DNA of 64,000 nucleotides, taken from positions 5,383-69,382 of the forward strand of contig CAYOTA010000001.1 in the NCBI GenBank assembly GCA_964406795.1, in the 5' to 3' direction. This document shows positions 8,998-19,392 of this stretch, piece after piece. Origin of the DNA: an uncultured Gammaproteobacteria bacterium. Its GTDB lineage: Bacteria > Patescibacteriota > Microgenomatia > Levybacterales > GWA1-39-11. The position numbers and the translations under genes were made by a program. Under the pieces are notes generated by a model. The model ran no database searches, was not told the DNA's origin, and worked only from the letters and a program-made list of their open reading frames with translations. Positions within the stretch are counted from its first letter, which is position 1. Every line of letters starts with the position of its first letter.

Positions 8998-10512
8998 TTA
9001 TCTTGCTCTTTGCTGAACTTTAATTCCTCCTTTGATTACCTTTTCTTTCACAACCTTCCCGTCATTTTGACGTATCTTAAGCCAATCTTTTACACGCCCT
9101 TCATACCCAGGGTCAGGTTCAATAATTACATAAAATAAATCCTTAGCTTCCTTGGATGGAATATAACCATACTGTTTTATCCCATACCAAGAGAACAAGT
9201 ACTGATATGGATAATCATGAACAGCGGGAGTATAAACAATATAATTAAACTTCCTTCCATTTGCGTCCTTATAGATATAATCAAGTACCGCCGTTTGATT
9301 CCTATAAACCGCTGCATTCCCCTCCCACAAAGGAGCTTGTATATTTTTTATGATATCCAGTGGCTTTAATAAAAATAGTAAATATAAAACTAAAACTACT
9401 ATACCAACAAGCATGTTTTTTTTGAATAAAGATTGAAGTGCAATCCCTACAAACAGTATGTATAAAACAGGCAGAGCTACTATATAATGTCCCCATATTG
9501 CTCTGTCAAATATTGACGTTCCAAATATAAATACAAAAATAATGATTACTTCAAATAAAAGAAGCCTTTTACACGCGTCTGGAATTTTTTTAAAAGATAA
9601 AATTATAATAAGTAAGATTAAAAACGCTACGCACACACCCATGATGAAGTTATTTAGTGAGACCGTTTCTGAAAACTGATTTAAGATTGTTATAAGCCTA
9701 TTTGGAATCTCAGGCAAAAATGTAGATAAAGAAATCAGTCCTTCTCCGTTTTCCTTGGGAGTAATAATTGTTTTTGACATAATAAAACCATGACGAAACT
9801 CAAATAGAATACGGGGAAGAAATGTAATAAAAAGGCCAATAAAGACGCCAAAAAAACTTAGGTTAAAAAGTTTTTTTCTGTATTGAATCAGTAGCCCAAT
9901 CATTATTCCAGTAGCAAATAAAATGCCAAACAGTATTTCTGAATCAATAGTAAGTCCAAGCAGTAAACCAAGCATTATATAGAGTAAAAATTTTCTTTTT
10001 GCCAAAAAAAGCTTTTCAAGAAGTATAAATATGCAAAGTACAAAAAATGGGGCAATATTAGGATTCCATATCTGATTAGAATAACCTATCATAACCGGAG
10101 AAAAACCCATAATGGCTGCCAAAATAATCCCAAGCATTCTTCCCCATAAAAGCTTGCCTAAAAAGTAGCTAGCTAGAACCGCACCTATCCCCACAATCAT
10201 CATAAAAAAAACAACTCCCTGGGGATTACCCTGGGAGAGCACAAACGAAGGGGTAAGTATGTAATACCACCATGGACCATAAAACAAACCACCCAACCCG
10301 GTAGTCTGCCCTATTAATGGTATGTCGCCATTTATTACGATTTCTTGTACTTTTAATAAGTCGCGCCCAACATCATATGTAAACGCATACGAGTTGGTTA
10401 AAATACCCTCAATCCGGAGAAAAACCCCAATACTAAACACGAAAAATAAAGCTATAATTGTTGCCAAACTTTCACGTGATAACTTTTTTATCTTTTTCTT
10501 TATTTTATTCAT
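8998..10512 (-). CDS. Polytopic membrane protein, family D (paralog of 44919..46496), putative GT-C-type.
   Basis: 504 aa. N-terminal loop 'YDVGRDLLKVQEIVINGDIPLIGQTTGLGGLFYGPWWYYILTP' parallels 'YDQARDVVIAGDIWKGDLKILGPNSDINGLHHGALYWYLISP' in 44919... The C-terminal 'LFYVIIEPDPGYEG' parallels 'LFLILEPSGGIPDF'. Confidence 0.45.
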   Translation of the reverse strand: MNKIKKKIKKLSRESLATIIALFFVFSIGVFLRIEGILTNSYAFTYDVGRDLLKVQEIVINGDIPLIGQTTGLGGLFYGPWWYYILTPSFVLSQGNPQGVVFFMMIVGIGAVLASYFLGKLLWGRMLGIILAAIMGFSPVMIGYSNQIWNPNIAPFFVLCIFILLEKLFLAKRKFLLYIMLGLLLGLTIDSEILFGILFATGIMIGLLIQYRKKLFNLSFFGVFIGLFITFLPRILFEFRHGFIMSKTIITPKENGEGLISLSTFLPEIPNRLITILNQFSETVSLNNFIMGVCVAFLILLIIILSFKKIPDACKRLLLFEVIIIFVFIFGTSIFDRAIWGHYIVALPVLYILFVGIALQSLFKKNMLVGIVVLVLYLLFLLKPLDIIKNIQAPLWEGNAAVYRNQTAVLDYIYKDANGRKFNYIVYTPAVHDYPYQYLFSWYGIKQYGYIPSKEAKDLFYVIIEPDPGYEGRVKDWLKIRQNDGKVVKEKVIKGGIKVQQRAR

Positions 10513-12205
10513 ATCTACTAGAAAAAATTATAGCAGGACTTCCATCAAGATAGTTTATGGTTTTTCCTATATTATCGGGTAAATCTCCGGGTCTTCCAAT
10601 AAATAAAGTTTTTTTTAAGAACTTATCCTCATCCCAGTTAATTGGTCTGAATATATACTTTTCAAATGCGGTGTGCTCTGCCGCAAACCCACCGGCTTTT
10701 GTACCACCTTCAGAAAGATATTTTTGAGGATTATATTTAGTGTAAAAAAGAAAAAACATATATGACTGGTCCAACGGAGATATATTGGTCACAATAACTT
10801 TGTCAAATTTTTTTGATTCCTCTTGAGTATATAGCACAGCCTCTTCCCATCCATATTGCCATGCTTTTGAGTAATAAAAATTCATCTGAATAAAATATTG
10901 GTGGAAATAATATGTAATATTAAATGCCATAAATCCAAAAATAATCACAAAAAAAGTATATCTTAAAATAACTTTTAATTTTGCAATTTGAATAAGTACA
11001 TATATAAATCCAATAGCAGATATTAGCTGAGGTGCTGGAAGTACATTTATAGTCCTAACAGCATGGGGAACATCTATAGTTACCGAGGCCGGAATTGGTG
11101 CAATTAGTATATATCCTAAAACAAAAAATTTATATTTTCGTTTTATAGATGAAAAAAGAAGAATATACAAACCTATCAAAATTAGTGGAATTTCAAAAAT
11201 ATACAACAACCCCATAAACGGCGGCTGGTGTCTTAATGCGTCCCCTCTATAAAATAGCCAGTTTGGTTCAAAATGAGATAAGTATCCCGACACAAAAGCC
11301 TTTACATACTCTACCCTTCTGTTATCCAGTATCATTCCTACATAGTTTTGGGCAGCCATATCTTGCTTGGCTTTTTCTTGACTTGACTCAAGCAGTCTTG
11401 TTGAATCTGAAAAAACACTTACTCCTTTGGCTCTACTAAGCGAATTTGGATTTGAAATAATATGTACAAGCATTGGTAGGATAACTATAAATCCAACAAG
11501 TACCGAGCTTACAATCCATTTCCTTGGAAGCTTAGCTAGGTCTTTGAAAAAAACACAAGTTAATAAAAGTAAAAGTAGGGGTATATATACCTTCTCACTT
11601 TGATACACATATATACTAAGACCCGCAAAAAAAGCTGAGAGAAGTAACAGTTTTGGCCGCCTTAAACCTTTAAAGAAAAATAGCAAACAAAGTAGATTAA
11701 AGGATAAGCCAATTTGAGCTTCAAAAGCTATTCTTGAAAACTGGATGTGCCAAGGAGATATCGCCAAGAAAGACATTATAACAAGAGCTAACCAGTCTTT
11801 CGAAATTTTAACATTAAGATACCCTATCCCATTTTGGAATATGGTTCTCATTAATAAAAATACAACTACAAGACTAATGCTCCCAAAAATTACTGCCGGT
11901 AAACGTACGGAAAGAACACTTAAGTCAAAAATAGGTAAAAACGGGATAATTAAATACGCATACAAAGCCGGTTTATAATCATCGAACGACTGCAACACAA
12001 TAGGAAACGATTTTCCGTATTCATCTTTCCCCGTTTGCAGTATTGAGTATGCATTGTAACCTAAAGCTACCTCATCCCAATCAGGGGATACTGGGATTTT
12101 ATCAATGTTAACAATCCTTATAAAAAATCCAAGCACTAAAATTATAGAAAATAACGCCCAAACAAGCTTCCCATTATTCGCAAATTTTTTAATACTATTT
12201 TTCAT
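10505..12205 (-). CDS. GT39/GT83 (PMT/ArnT-like) polyprenol-phosphate-sugar-dependent glycosyltransferase, tandem paralog 1 of 3.
   Basis: First extracytoplasmic loop carries the family DE motif in 'PDWDEVALGYNAYSILQTGKDEYGKSFP...SFDDYKPALYAY'. More than 10 TM helices. C-terminal soluble domain with 'YMFFLFYTKYNPQKY'. Confidence 0.7.
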   Translation of the reverse strand: MKNSIKKFANNGKLVWALFSIILVLGFFIRIVNIDKIPVSPDWDEVALGYNAYSILQTGKDEYGKSFPIVLQSFDDYKPALYAYLIIPFLPIFDLSVLSVRLPAVIFGSISLVVVFLLMRTIFQNGIGYLNVKISKDWLALVIMSFLAISPWHIQFSRIAFEAQIGLSFNLLCLLFFFKGLRRPKLLLLSAFFAGLSIYVYQSEKVYIPLLLLLLTCVFFKDLAKLPRKWIVSSVLVGFIVILPMLVHIISNPNSLSRAKGVSVFSDSTRLLESSQEKAKQDMAAQNYVGMILDNRRVEYVKAFVSGYLSHFEPNWLFYRGDALRHQPPFMGLLYIFEIPLILIGLYILLFSSIKRKYKFFVLGYILIAPIPASVTIDVPHAVRTINVLPAPQLISAIGFIYVLIQIAKLKVILRYTFFVIIFGFMAFNITYYFHQYFIQMNFYYSKAWQYGWEEAVLYTQEESKKFDKVIVTNISPLDQSYMFFLFYTKYNPQKYLSEGGTKAGGFAAEHTAFEKYIFRPINWDEDKFLKKTLFIGRPGDLPDNIGKTINYLDGSPAIIFSSRYE

Positions 12206-13862
12206 AAGCTACAAGTGCCGCCTTTCCATCTGGTAAGTAAAATGTTTTTACTTTTTTTGCACCTTCAGGAAATTTATCTGCAGTATTTATATAAAGATCT
12301 CCCAGCAAGGGTTCTGGAAATTCATCTGCAAAAACATATTTACCCAATTTATTTACATGCACAAACCCTAGCGCCTCCCTTTCAATTGTGGCGTTTTTTA
12401 AAAGAAATTGTGGCGGATATTTTCCATAAAATAAGACATACATATATGGTCTGCCTAAATCTTTTGTAAAGTATATATTTTTATACTTATTTTTGTTTTG
12501 TTCACTAAATCGTATCGCATCTTTATAACCATACTGCCATTCAGACGCATATTTAATAGGATAGTGAGTAAAATAATTATGAACAAAATATATGAAGCAA
12601 ACAAAAATTAACACACATAGTGCACCTATAAATCCTCTTTTCAAGAAGATATTGGCAGCTTTTATATTACTGAGGGTAGTTATAATTCCATAGGCAACAA
12701 GTATTTGAAACATAGGCAGTGTTGTCTCAATTCTTAGTGCATGAGGGGTTTCTCGAGCCGTTGCTGCAGGAACAATTCCCAACAAAAGCCATAATGGCAC
12801 AAGTACCCAGACTCCCTCCCGCCTTCTTATGAGCATAATAACTCCAATTATAAGAAATGGTAATTCCCAAATATACATTTGACCAACATCCTGAATAGAA
12901 AATTTTGGATTTCCATCTCCTTTTATGAACAAGAACGCAGGATTAAAATGATCTAAATAATGAGACATATACTCAACTCCATAAGCAAATCTTCTGTTAT
13001 ATATAAGTTTTGAAATAAAGTTATTGTCTACATTTTCAGATTCTTTATTTACTCGCTCAATTACTTTAATATCTGAGAAAATATTTACTTCCTCATATCG
13101 TAACTTAGCTTGCGGAGTTATAGAAAATAGTGCCAGGGGAATAAGTAAGAGAATTGGAATTATGGAGCTTAAGATTACTAACTTCCACTTTTTCAACAAG
13201 ATCTTATATCTTAAACATATAAGTACAATACCTAATAATGGTAAAAACACGCGGGATGTATTAAAGGTATTCATCGCCACGACGAAACTCAATAAAGAAA
13301 AAATAAGATATCGCACATTTTTAGCCTCACGAGTTGAGAGTAAAAAAATAAAAACACCAAGTATTATAAAAAATGTTGCTACATTTGCTTCAAAGGCCGC
13401 TCTGGAAAGCAAAATATGCCAGGGTGAAATTGCAACAAGAAACGATGTTAATAATGCATAGTGTTTTTTTTGCTTTGATTGGAAAAAAATTTCACACACA
13501 AGAAAGTAAGTAACTATAACGCTCAACACTCCGAATAGTGCTGATACAAATCTTGTTGAAAATTCAGTAAGACCAAATATCCAAACAGGTATAACTGATA
13601 AAAATGCATAAACTGGCGGTTTAAAGTCTCCAAACGATTCTAGAAACGTAAATGGAATTTGGCCAAATTCATCTTTTCCCGTTAAGCCAATTGTATATGC
13701 GTTGTATCCCCATGAAACTTCATCCCAAGTTAATGACGGGGGATTTGTTGATAGATTAAAAAATCTCAACATAATTCCTAGCATTACGATAGCTACGAAA
13801 CAAAGTATGAAATAGTTGTTAGTTATCTTTTCCCACATAGTATTTAAAAACCGGATCTCCAT
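12195..13862 (-). CDS. GT39/GT83 (PMT/ArnT-like) membrane glycosyltransferase, tandem paralog 2 of 3.
   Basis: 'LTWDEVSWGYNAYTIGLTGKDEFGQ...SFGDFKPPVYAF' and the C-terminal 'YMYVLFYGKYPPQF'. Overlaps neighbouring genes by 11 and 44 nt. Confidence 0.7.
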   Translation of the reverse strand: MEIRFLNTMWEKITNNYFILCFVAIVMLGIMLRFFNLSTNPPSLTWDEVSWGYNAYTIGLTGKDEFGQIPFTFLESFGDFKPPVYAFLSVIPVWIFGLTEFSTRFVSALFGVLSVIVTYFLVCEIFFQSKQKKHYALLTSFLVAISPWHILLSRAAFEANVATFFIILGVFIFLLSTREAKNVRYLIFSLLSFVVAMNTFNTSRVFLPLLGIVLICLRYKILLKKWKLVILSSIIPILLLIPLALFSITPQAKLRYEEVNIFSDIKVIERVNKESENVDNNFISKLIYNRRFAYGVEYMSHYLDHFNPAFLFIKGDGNPKFSIQDVGQMYIWELPFLIIGVIMLIRRREGVWVLVPLWLLLGIVPAATARETPHALRIETTLPMFQILVAYGIITTLSNIKAANIFLKRGFIGALCVLIFVCFIYFVHNYFTHYPIKYASEWQYGYKDAIRFSEQNKNKYKNIYFTKDLGRPYMYVLFYGKYPPQFLLKNATIEREALGFVHVNKLGKYVFADEFPEPLLGDLYINTADKFPEGAKKVKTFYLPDGKAALVAYEK

Positions 13863-15429
13863 TGGGTAGCCTAATTAAGTCATCTGTATCATTAAAATTT
13901 TGTGTATCAAAATAAACAGTTTCAGGATTTTCCTTCTCAGTACTTAAATTCTCTACAAACTTATATCTACCAAACTGCTTCACATATTTAAAACCTTCAT
14001 AGCTTGTTGGATAATATAAAACTTCATCTCTAAAAGTAATAGGATCATACTTATTGTAAAACAAATAATAAATATATGGAAATTCATACGGTCCTTGGAC
14101 CATAACTTTTTTATTTGGATATGTGTTTGAAATTTCAACCATTTCTTTATATCCATATCTCCAAAACTGTGCTCTATGATATGGCTGGTGAATGAAATAC
14201 AAATTCAAAAAGTATATGACATTTATAATAAATAAAATAAATAATCCGACAAAAAAGATTTTTCCAAATATATTTCTGTGTAAGTACTCAAATAGTGACC
14301 ATGCACCATATCCTGAAATAAGAGCAAAAAGCGGCATAAGCATAAACAAGCGAGTAGAATTGGGCGCATCCAAGGTTAGTGCGGAGGGAATAGGTGCAAA
14401 AAGAAGCCACACTATAAGCAAGGATATGCGCCTCTCTCTGTAATAAAAAAGAGAAACAGAACCAACAACCAATAATAACGCATCAAAAACATATAAATTT
14501 CCAAAACCATTTATATTGTGGACTAATTTTTCTCCTCCACGATCGAAAAGAAATACAGGTGAAAATGAAAGTAGATAATTTTGAAGAATCTGATAAGGTA
14601 CTCCCAAGTATTTTGTGTGTATCTTATCGAATAAAATTGGGTTTTCAATTGTATCTTTCTTAAAATTCTCCACTCTGCTGTAAATGATATCTTTGCTTGA
14701 AAATACTGTTGTAGTCGAGAATTTATTAGATCCTGCACTCAAATTAGAGTAACCTGAAATTAATAAAAGCACCCCAAACGGAACTAACAAATATGTCAAT
14801 TTCTTTCCTAGTCTCTTCCCATAAATAATGCAATATGCAAACAAAAAAAGTGGCGAAAAGATAATATATGAATGATAGGTAAAAAGCGTCAAACCAAAAA
14901 ACAGTCCAGCAATAATTGGGAAATAAATAGTATTTTTCTTATCTGTAGAATGAATAAGAAACAGCAAACCTGCTAAAAAAAGCGTTGTAGCTAGATTAAC
15001 CTCATATGCCGCTCTTGAAAAATAAATACTCCATGGAGAAACTGCAAAAAATAATGCTGCAAATAATCCTACAGCTTTTTTATTAAAAAGTCGGAATGCA
15101 ATATAGTAAATAAGTACAATTCCTACTATTCCCGCAAAAATACTAGGAATTCTTGTGGATAATTCAGAAAGACCCAGAACTGCGATTGGAAAAACTGCTA
15201 GGTATGAATAGACTGGAAGCTTCCAGTCACCGAAAGATTCAAGTGACAAAGGTAGAAATTTTCCATGTTCATCCGCACCCGTAAGCAAAATTGAGTATGC
15301 GTTGTATCCTAATGCGGCTTCGTCAATATTAAGGGCGGGGGGTAATGTGTTAAGGAATATTGTACGCAGGAAAAGACCAAGCAATACTAGTAATAAAATC
15401 GGCAAATGCGCAAAAACTCTTGATTTCAT
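13819..15429 (-). CDS. GT39/GT83 (PMT/ArnT-like) membrane glycosyltransferase, tandem paralog 3 of 3.
   Basis: 'LNIDEAALGYNAYSILLTGADEHGKFLPLSLESFGDWKLPVYSY' and the C-terminal 'YIYYLFYNKYDPITF'. Confidence 0.7.
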   Translation of the reverse strand: MKSRVFAHLPILLLVLLGLFLRTIFLNTLPPALNIDEAALGYNAYSILLTGADEHGKFLPLSLESFGDWKLPVYSYLAVFPIAVLGLSELSTRIPSIFAGIVGIVLIYYIAFRLFNKKAVGLFAALFFAVSPWSIYFSRAAYEVNLATTLFLAGLLFLIHSTDKKNTIYFPIIAGLFFGLTLFTYHSYIIFSPLFLFAYCIIYGKRLGKKLTYLLVPFGVLLLISGYSNLSAGSNKFSTTTVFSSKDIIYSRVENFKKDTIENPILFDKIHTKYLGVPYQILQNYLLSFSPVFLFDRGGEKLVHNINGFGNLYVFDALLLVVGSVSLFYYRERRISLLIVWLLFAPIPSALTLDAPNSTRLFMLMPLFALISGYGAWSLFEYLHRNIFGKIFFVGLFILFIINVIYFLNLYFIHQPYHRAQFWRYGYKEMVEISNTYPNKKVMVQGPYEFPYIYYLFYNKYDPITFRDEVLYYPTSYEGFKYVKQFGRYKFVENLSTEKENPETVYFDTQNFNDTDDLIRLPNGDPVFKYYVGKDN

Positions 15430-15481
15430 GGAAAAATCTAATTCTTAATAATTGTACCACAGAAGAATTTTGTCGTGATAA

Positions 15482-16195
15482 CTAATTAACAAATCTATAT
15501 TTAATCAAAGTCCAAAGGGCAATAGTACCATCTCGGATTGTATGAAGCTTTTTACCATCTGCATAACCGCGAGGTTTTGTTTTAATATCGACTTCATGAA
15601 TTTTTATTTTTTTCTTCAATATCTTTGCCGTTATTTCTGGCTCAAAATCAAACGAACGAGATTTTAAGCGTACTCCCTTAAGCACATCTTTATCAAATGA
15701 TTTATAGCACGTTTCCATATCTGTTATATGAGCTCCATATAAAATTGATGTAAGAAAACTTAAAAATTTATTACCAAAAAAGTGAACGAGAAGCGGCGTC
15801 CTATTTTTACCAAAGAAAACGGGTTTGGTTCTGAGACGGGTTCCATATACTACTCTGAATTTCTTTTCAACAATTGGATTAATAAGTTTAGGAATATCTT
15901 GTGGATTATATTCTAAATCAGCATCTTGAATAATAAGAATGTCACCAGATGCGGCTCGTAATCCCGTTATGACTGCTGCTCCTTTTCCTCTGTTTTTTTT
16001 ATGATCTAATACGGTAACATGTTTTTTATCTTTTTGAAATTCTTTTATTAATGAAAGCGTTCCATCTTTTGAACCATCATCAACAATTATTACCTCTTTT
16101 TCAATCTTTCCTAAATCTAAATTATCAACACGCAAGAGAAGCTCTGCTATTGTTTTTTCTTCATTATACGCAGGAATAATTATGCTTAATTTCAT
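15482..16195 (-). CDS. GT2 polyprenol-monophosphate sugar synthase (DPM1/GtrB/CsbB/ArnC-like).
   Basis: 'MKLSIIIPAYNEEKTI...VIIVDDGSKDGT', 'IIQDADLEYNPQDIPKL' and a size of 237 aa are characteristic of the Dol-P/Und-P sugar synthase subfamily of GT2. Confidence 0.8.
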   Translation of the reverse strand: MKLSIIIPAYNEEKTIAELLLRVDNLDLGKIEKEVIIVDDGSKDGTLSLIKEFQKDKKHVTVLDHKKNRGKGAAVITGLRAASGDILIIQDADLEYNPQDIPKLINPIVEKKFRVVYGTRLRTKPVFFGKNRTPLLVHFFGNKFLSFLTSILYGAHITDMETCYKSFDKDVLKGVRLKSRSFDFEPEITAKILKKKIKIHEVDIKTKPRGYADGKKLHTIRDGTIALWTLIKYRFVN

Positions 16196-16197
16196 GT

Positions 16198-17145
16198 TTA
16201 TAAATACTTTGAGAGTATCTGATCATCTGATAAAACAAACTCTTTTTTTTGTATTTTTCGATGTCTCATTATATCAGGCAGTCGAAGAATAGCAAGATAA
16301 AAACCTTTCAAAAAAACCGTATCTCTCTTTAGAATTGAGCGTAGTAAGTAGTATGGCATGTAAAAAACGTGACTTAACAATAAGTTAATATCTGTAATAT
16401 TTTTCCAGATAAATGTAAATTGATTTCGCATAGCATATGACTGAATAATTGAGTCCTTATAGTGTTTTTTAATAGAACCTTTAGAGTGAATATGCGTAAC
16501 AATACTTTTGTTTTCAAATAGTATTTTATACCCCATCTTTTGTGCTCTATACGAAAGATCTATATCTTCCCAATAGAATGGATTATATAACGAATCAAAT
16601 CCTCCTAATTTTTTGAAAATGTCGGCCCGTACCGCACTGCTGCCTCCTGACACCCAAAATGTGTTACTTCTATCAACTTCTCCTTTTCTGTGTATAAGAA
16701 ACCCTTTGTACCATCGCGCAAGTCCTCTTCCTCTCAATACCGTATTGTCTCCCTCTATACTCCTGTCCATAGCTGCCACACCAAACACTTGAGAGTCAGC
16801 AAAGTGAGACAACAGAGGTGCCAAAAAATTCTTTTCCGGAGATACATCTGTGTTTAGTAAAACAAGAATATCTGCATTTGATTTTAAAGCAGCTCGGTCA
16901 ACATTGGAGGAAAATCCTAAGTTTTTTTCATGTAACTGTAAATTAATTTTAGTTTTATATTTTTTTTGTATAAGAGGTATAAATTTTTCTAGTGCATTTT
17001 GGTCTTCTTTCTTTGACCCATCGTCTACAATAGTAAGTTGAATTTCTTTGTATGGTGCGCATGCATCCAAAACGCTTGCAAGATTTTGCTCAACCAAATC
17101 AGACCCATTATAGTTTGGGATAATAACCTCTAGTTTCATATACAT
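16198..17145 (-). CDS. GT2-family glycosyltransferase.
   Basis: 'LEVIIPNYNGSDLVEQNLASVL...TIVDDGSKKED...VLLNTDV' GT-A fold signature. 315 aa. Confidence 0.75.
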   Translation of the reverse strand: MYMKLEVIIPNYNGSDLVEQNLASVLDACAPYKEIQLTIVDDGSKKEDQNALEKFIPLIQKKYKTKINLQLHEKNLGFSSNVDRAALKSNADILVLLNTDVSPEKNFLAPLLSHFADSQVFGVAAMDRSIEGDNTVLRGRGLARWYKGFLIHRKGEVDRSNTFWVSGGSSAVRADIFKKLGGFDSLYNPFYWEDIDLSYRAQKMGYKILFENKSIVTHIHSKGSIKKHYKDSIIQSYAMRNQFTFIWKNITDINLLLSHVFYMPYYLLRSILKRDTVFLKGFYLAILRLPDIMRHRKIQKKEFVLSDDQILSKYL

Positions 17146-19392
17146 TTATAACAAGCTCGCCGTCATAGTAACAGTGTGTTTACCGGCAGGTACTTTTATT
17201 CCCCTAAATGCTATATTAATAGGAACAATTTCTGCCTCTTTCCCATCAATTGTAGCACGGAAAGAAGGATAATACACATCAGTCAGAATAAGAAATCCAA
17301 CTCCTTTATTTACTGTTTCTATCTCAACTTTGCTTGAAGTATACTTTGCAATTCTTGCAGTTCCAGATGAGTATTTTCCAACAGCTTCTTTATTTAATGC
17401 GACTGCCACGTTTTCTAAACTAACTTTTTGTATTAACTTTGCTGCCTCTTGTTCATCCTTGACCACTATTATTTCGCTTATAAAATACGCTCTTGGTAAA
17501 ACATTATTATTTTTGTAAATTTTTGTAATCCCTTCCTCGTATACTTTTTGCAATTTTTGACTTTTAATCTCGTCGATAGATAATACATATTTAACATTTA
17601 AGAAATCTAAGATTTCTGAATTTATATTCCGTGGCCTGATTGTTCTATTAAATCCGAATGGTTCATCTATAGAACTATCTGAACGCTCGTTTGAAGCAAT
17701 TAATTTTCCATAGTTCTTTACAAATAGGGGATCGTATCCTTCTATGGATTGTATTCTGTAAGCTGATGAAAAATTTGGAATAAGAATCCTGTCGTCAGTA
17801 GTTGCAATTCTAAATATGGTTTTATCATTTTGTAAAAATTTTGTAATGCTTGTTTCCGGGTATAAGTACTCTTGACTTACAAATGGTGTATATTTCCAAG
17901 CAAACCTAATTAAATCAAGTGCAGTAAAAGCAAGAATTAAATAAATTAAAATGAAAGTATATTTTTTCTGCACTTTACAATATAGAAAGGCCATAGCAGA
18001 GATCAAAACAAATATAAATGTTGGGAGCTTTAAATTGTTCCTGGATATTAGGGCATCTTGAGCTGTGGGATAAAGTTGAATCCATAAATAACTTGCAAGC
18101 CATAGAGTAATAAATAATACTGTAGTAACCGCAACGGGAATTATAATTCTAGACTTTTTTTTCATGAAATGATCGAATCCTAAAGCGGACAGTACACTTA
18201 ATGAAAAGGAAATTAAGACCAGCAGCCGGGTAGGCTGCGCCGTTGAGATAAATGGAATTTTTAATTGAAACGGGAGTAAAGATATTGGGTTTTGCAAAAC
18301 AAATATAAAACAAAAAATGAGTGTGATTAAATAAAATAAAGTTTTTTTATCCCGTCTAAATAGTAATGCATATAAAGCGAATAATAACCCTCCAATGCCA
18401 ATGTAGCCCACAAATTCTCCATAATGAAATACGCCATAATAATTAAGAGTGGAAGGGTTTCCAAAGAAGTCAGGGGACACAAATTGTATTAAGTTCTGAA
18501 ACGGAATGAACCATCCCTCTATAAGATATGACTGATCATTAGATCTTCCGGATAAATCTATAAACTGAAGTGTTGGTGCCCACTGAACTGATGTAACAGT
18601 AATAGACAAAATGACAACAGTTAAGAATGGTAATAATTTTGAAAACTTTCTACCATATGTAAACCACAATGCAAACATATAAATAATTACAAAAAATATA
18701 ACATAAAAGAACGATTGAAGATGGCCTGCAAAAAATGAACTACATATGGAAAAAAGTAGGACAAAAAACCAAATTAATTCCTTATTCTTTCCTGTACTTT
18801 CAAGAATCCTTTTGACTGCAATTAACATAAGTGGCAGCCACAAAACTGTATGCCCTATATTGCCCCACTCCAACCATGATATAAAGAACCCTGAGAAAAT
18901 CCATGAAACAGTACCTAAAACGACTGCAGGAGGTGATAAGCCCAAACTTTTTAAATAAAAATACATGAAAATTCCGCCCAACACCATTTGAAGCATAATA
19001 AAAATAGACCAGGATATAGAAAATGGATTTATGAACAATAAAATGTTTAAAGGATAAAACACACCAGACTGAAAATTAGCTAATAACGGTTTTCCAGACA
19101 TTTCATAAATATTCCAGATAGGAATATAGCCACTTTTTAATGACTCTATTGCTAATTCTTTCCATATGTATTGCTGCCTAACTGGATCTGTAATAATGAA
19201 ATTTTTATAAGGAATTCCATTTGGGTAATCATTTACATAAAGATCTCTAAATGGATGATATAGGCCTACGATCGTATCTGCAGGAATTGGTAATTTTCCA
19301 TATAACAAAAATGGGTAAAAAAACAATACTACTAAAAAAAGAACAAGACCTAAATAAAGTGAATCCTTTCGTTTTAAAAAATTTTTTATCAT
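17146..19392 (-). CDS. YfhO-family GT-C membrane glycosyltransferase-like protein, paralog 1 of 3.
   Basis: 748 aa. Carries 'GYIPIWNIYEMSGKPLLANFQSGVFYPLN' near the N-terminus and 'TDVYYPSFRATIDGKEAEIVPINIAFRGIKVP' near the C-terminus; both are shared with 22304.. and 37054... Multi-TM protein with a C-terminal extracytoplasmic domain, as in Bacillus YfhO. Confidence 0.6.
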   Translation of the reverse strand: MIKNFLKRKDSLYLGLVLFLVVLFFYPFLLYGKLPIPADTIVGLYHPFRDLYVNDYPNGIPYKNFIITDPVRQQYIWKELAIESLKSGYIPIWNIYEMSGKPLLANFQSGVFYPLNILLFINPFSISWSIFIMLQMVLGGIFMYFYLKSLGLSPPAVVLGTVSWIFSGFFISWLEWGNIGHTVLWLPLMLIAVKRILESTGKNKELIWFFVLLFSICSSFFAGHLQSFFYVIFFVIIYMFALWFTYGRKFSKLLPFLTVVILSITVTSVQWAPTLQFIDLSGRSNDQSYLIEGWFIPFQNLIQFVSPDFFGNPSTLNYYGVFHYGEFVGYIGIGGLLFALYALLFRRDKKTLFYLITLIFCFIFVLQNPISLLPFQLKIPFISTAQPTRLLVLISFSLSVLSALGFDHFMKKKSRIIIPVAVTTVLFITLWLASYLWIQLYPTAQDALISRNNLKLPTFIFVLISAMAFLYCKVQKKYTFILIYLILAFTALDLIRFAWKYTPFVSQEYLYPETSITKFLQNDKTIFRIATTDDRILIPNFSSAYRIQSIEGYDPLFVKNYGKLIASNERSDSSIDEPFGFNRTIRPRNINSEILDFLNVKYVLSIDEIKSQKLQKVYEEGITKIYKNNNVLPRAYFISEIIVVKDEQEAAKLIQKVSLENVAVALNKEAVGKYSSGTARIAKYTSSKVEIETVNKGVGFLILTDVYYPSFRATIDGKEAEIVPINIAFRGIKVPAGKHTVTMTASLL

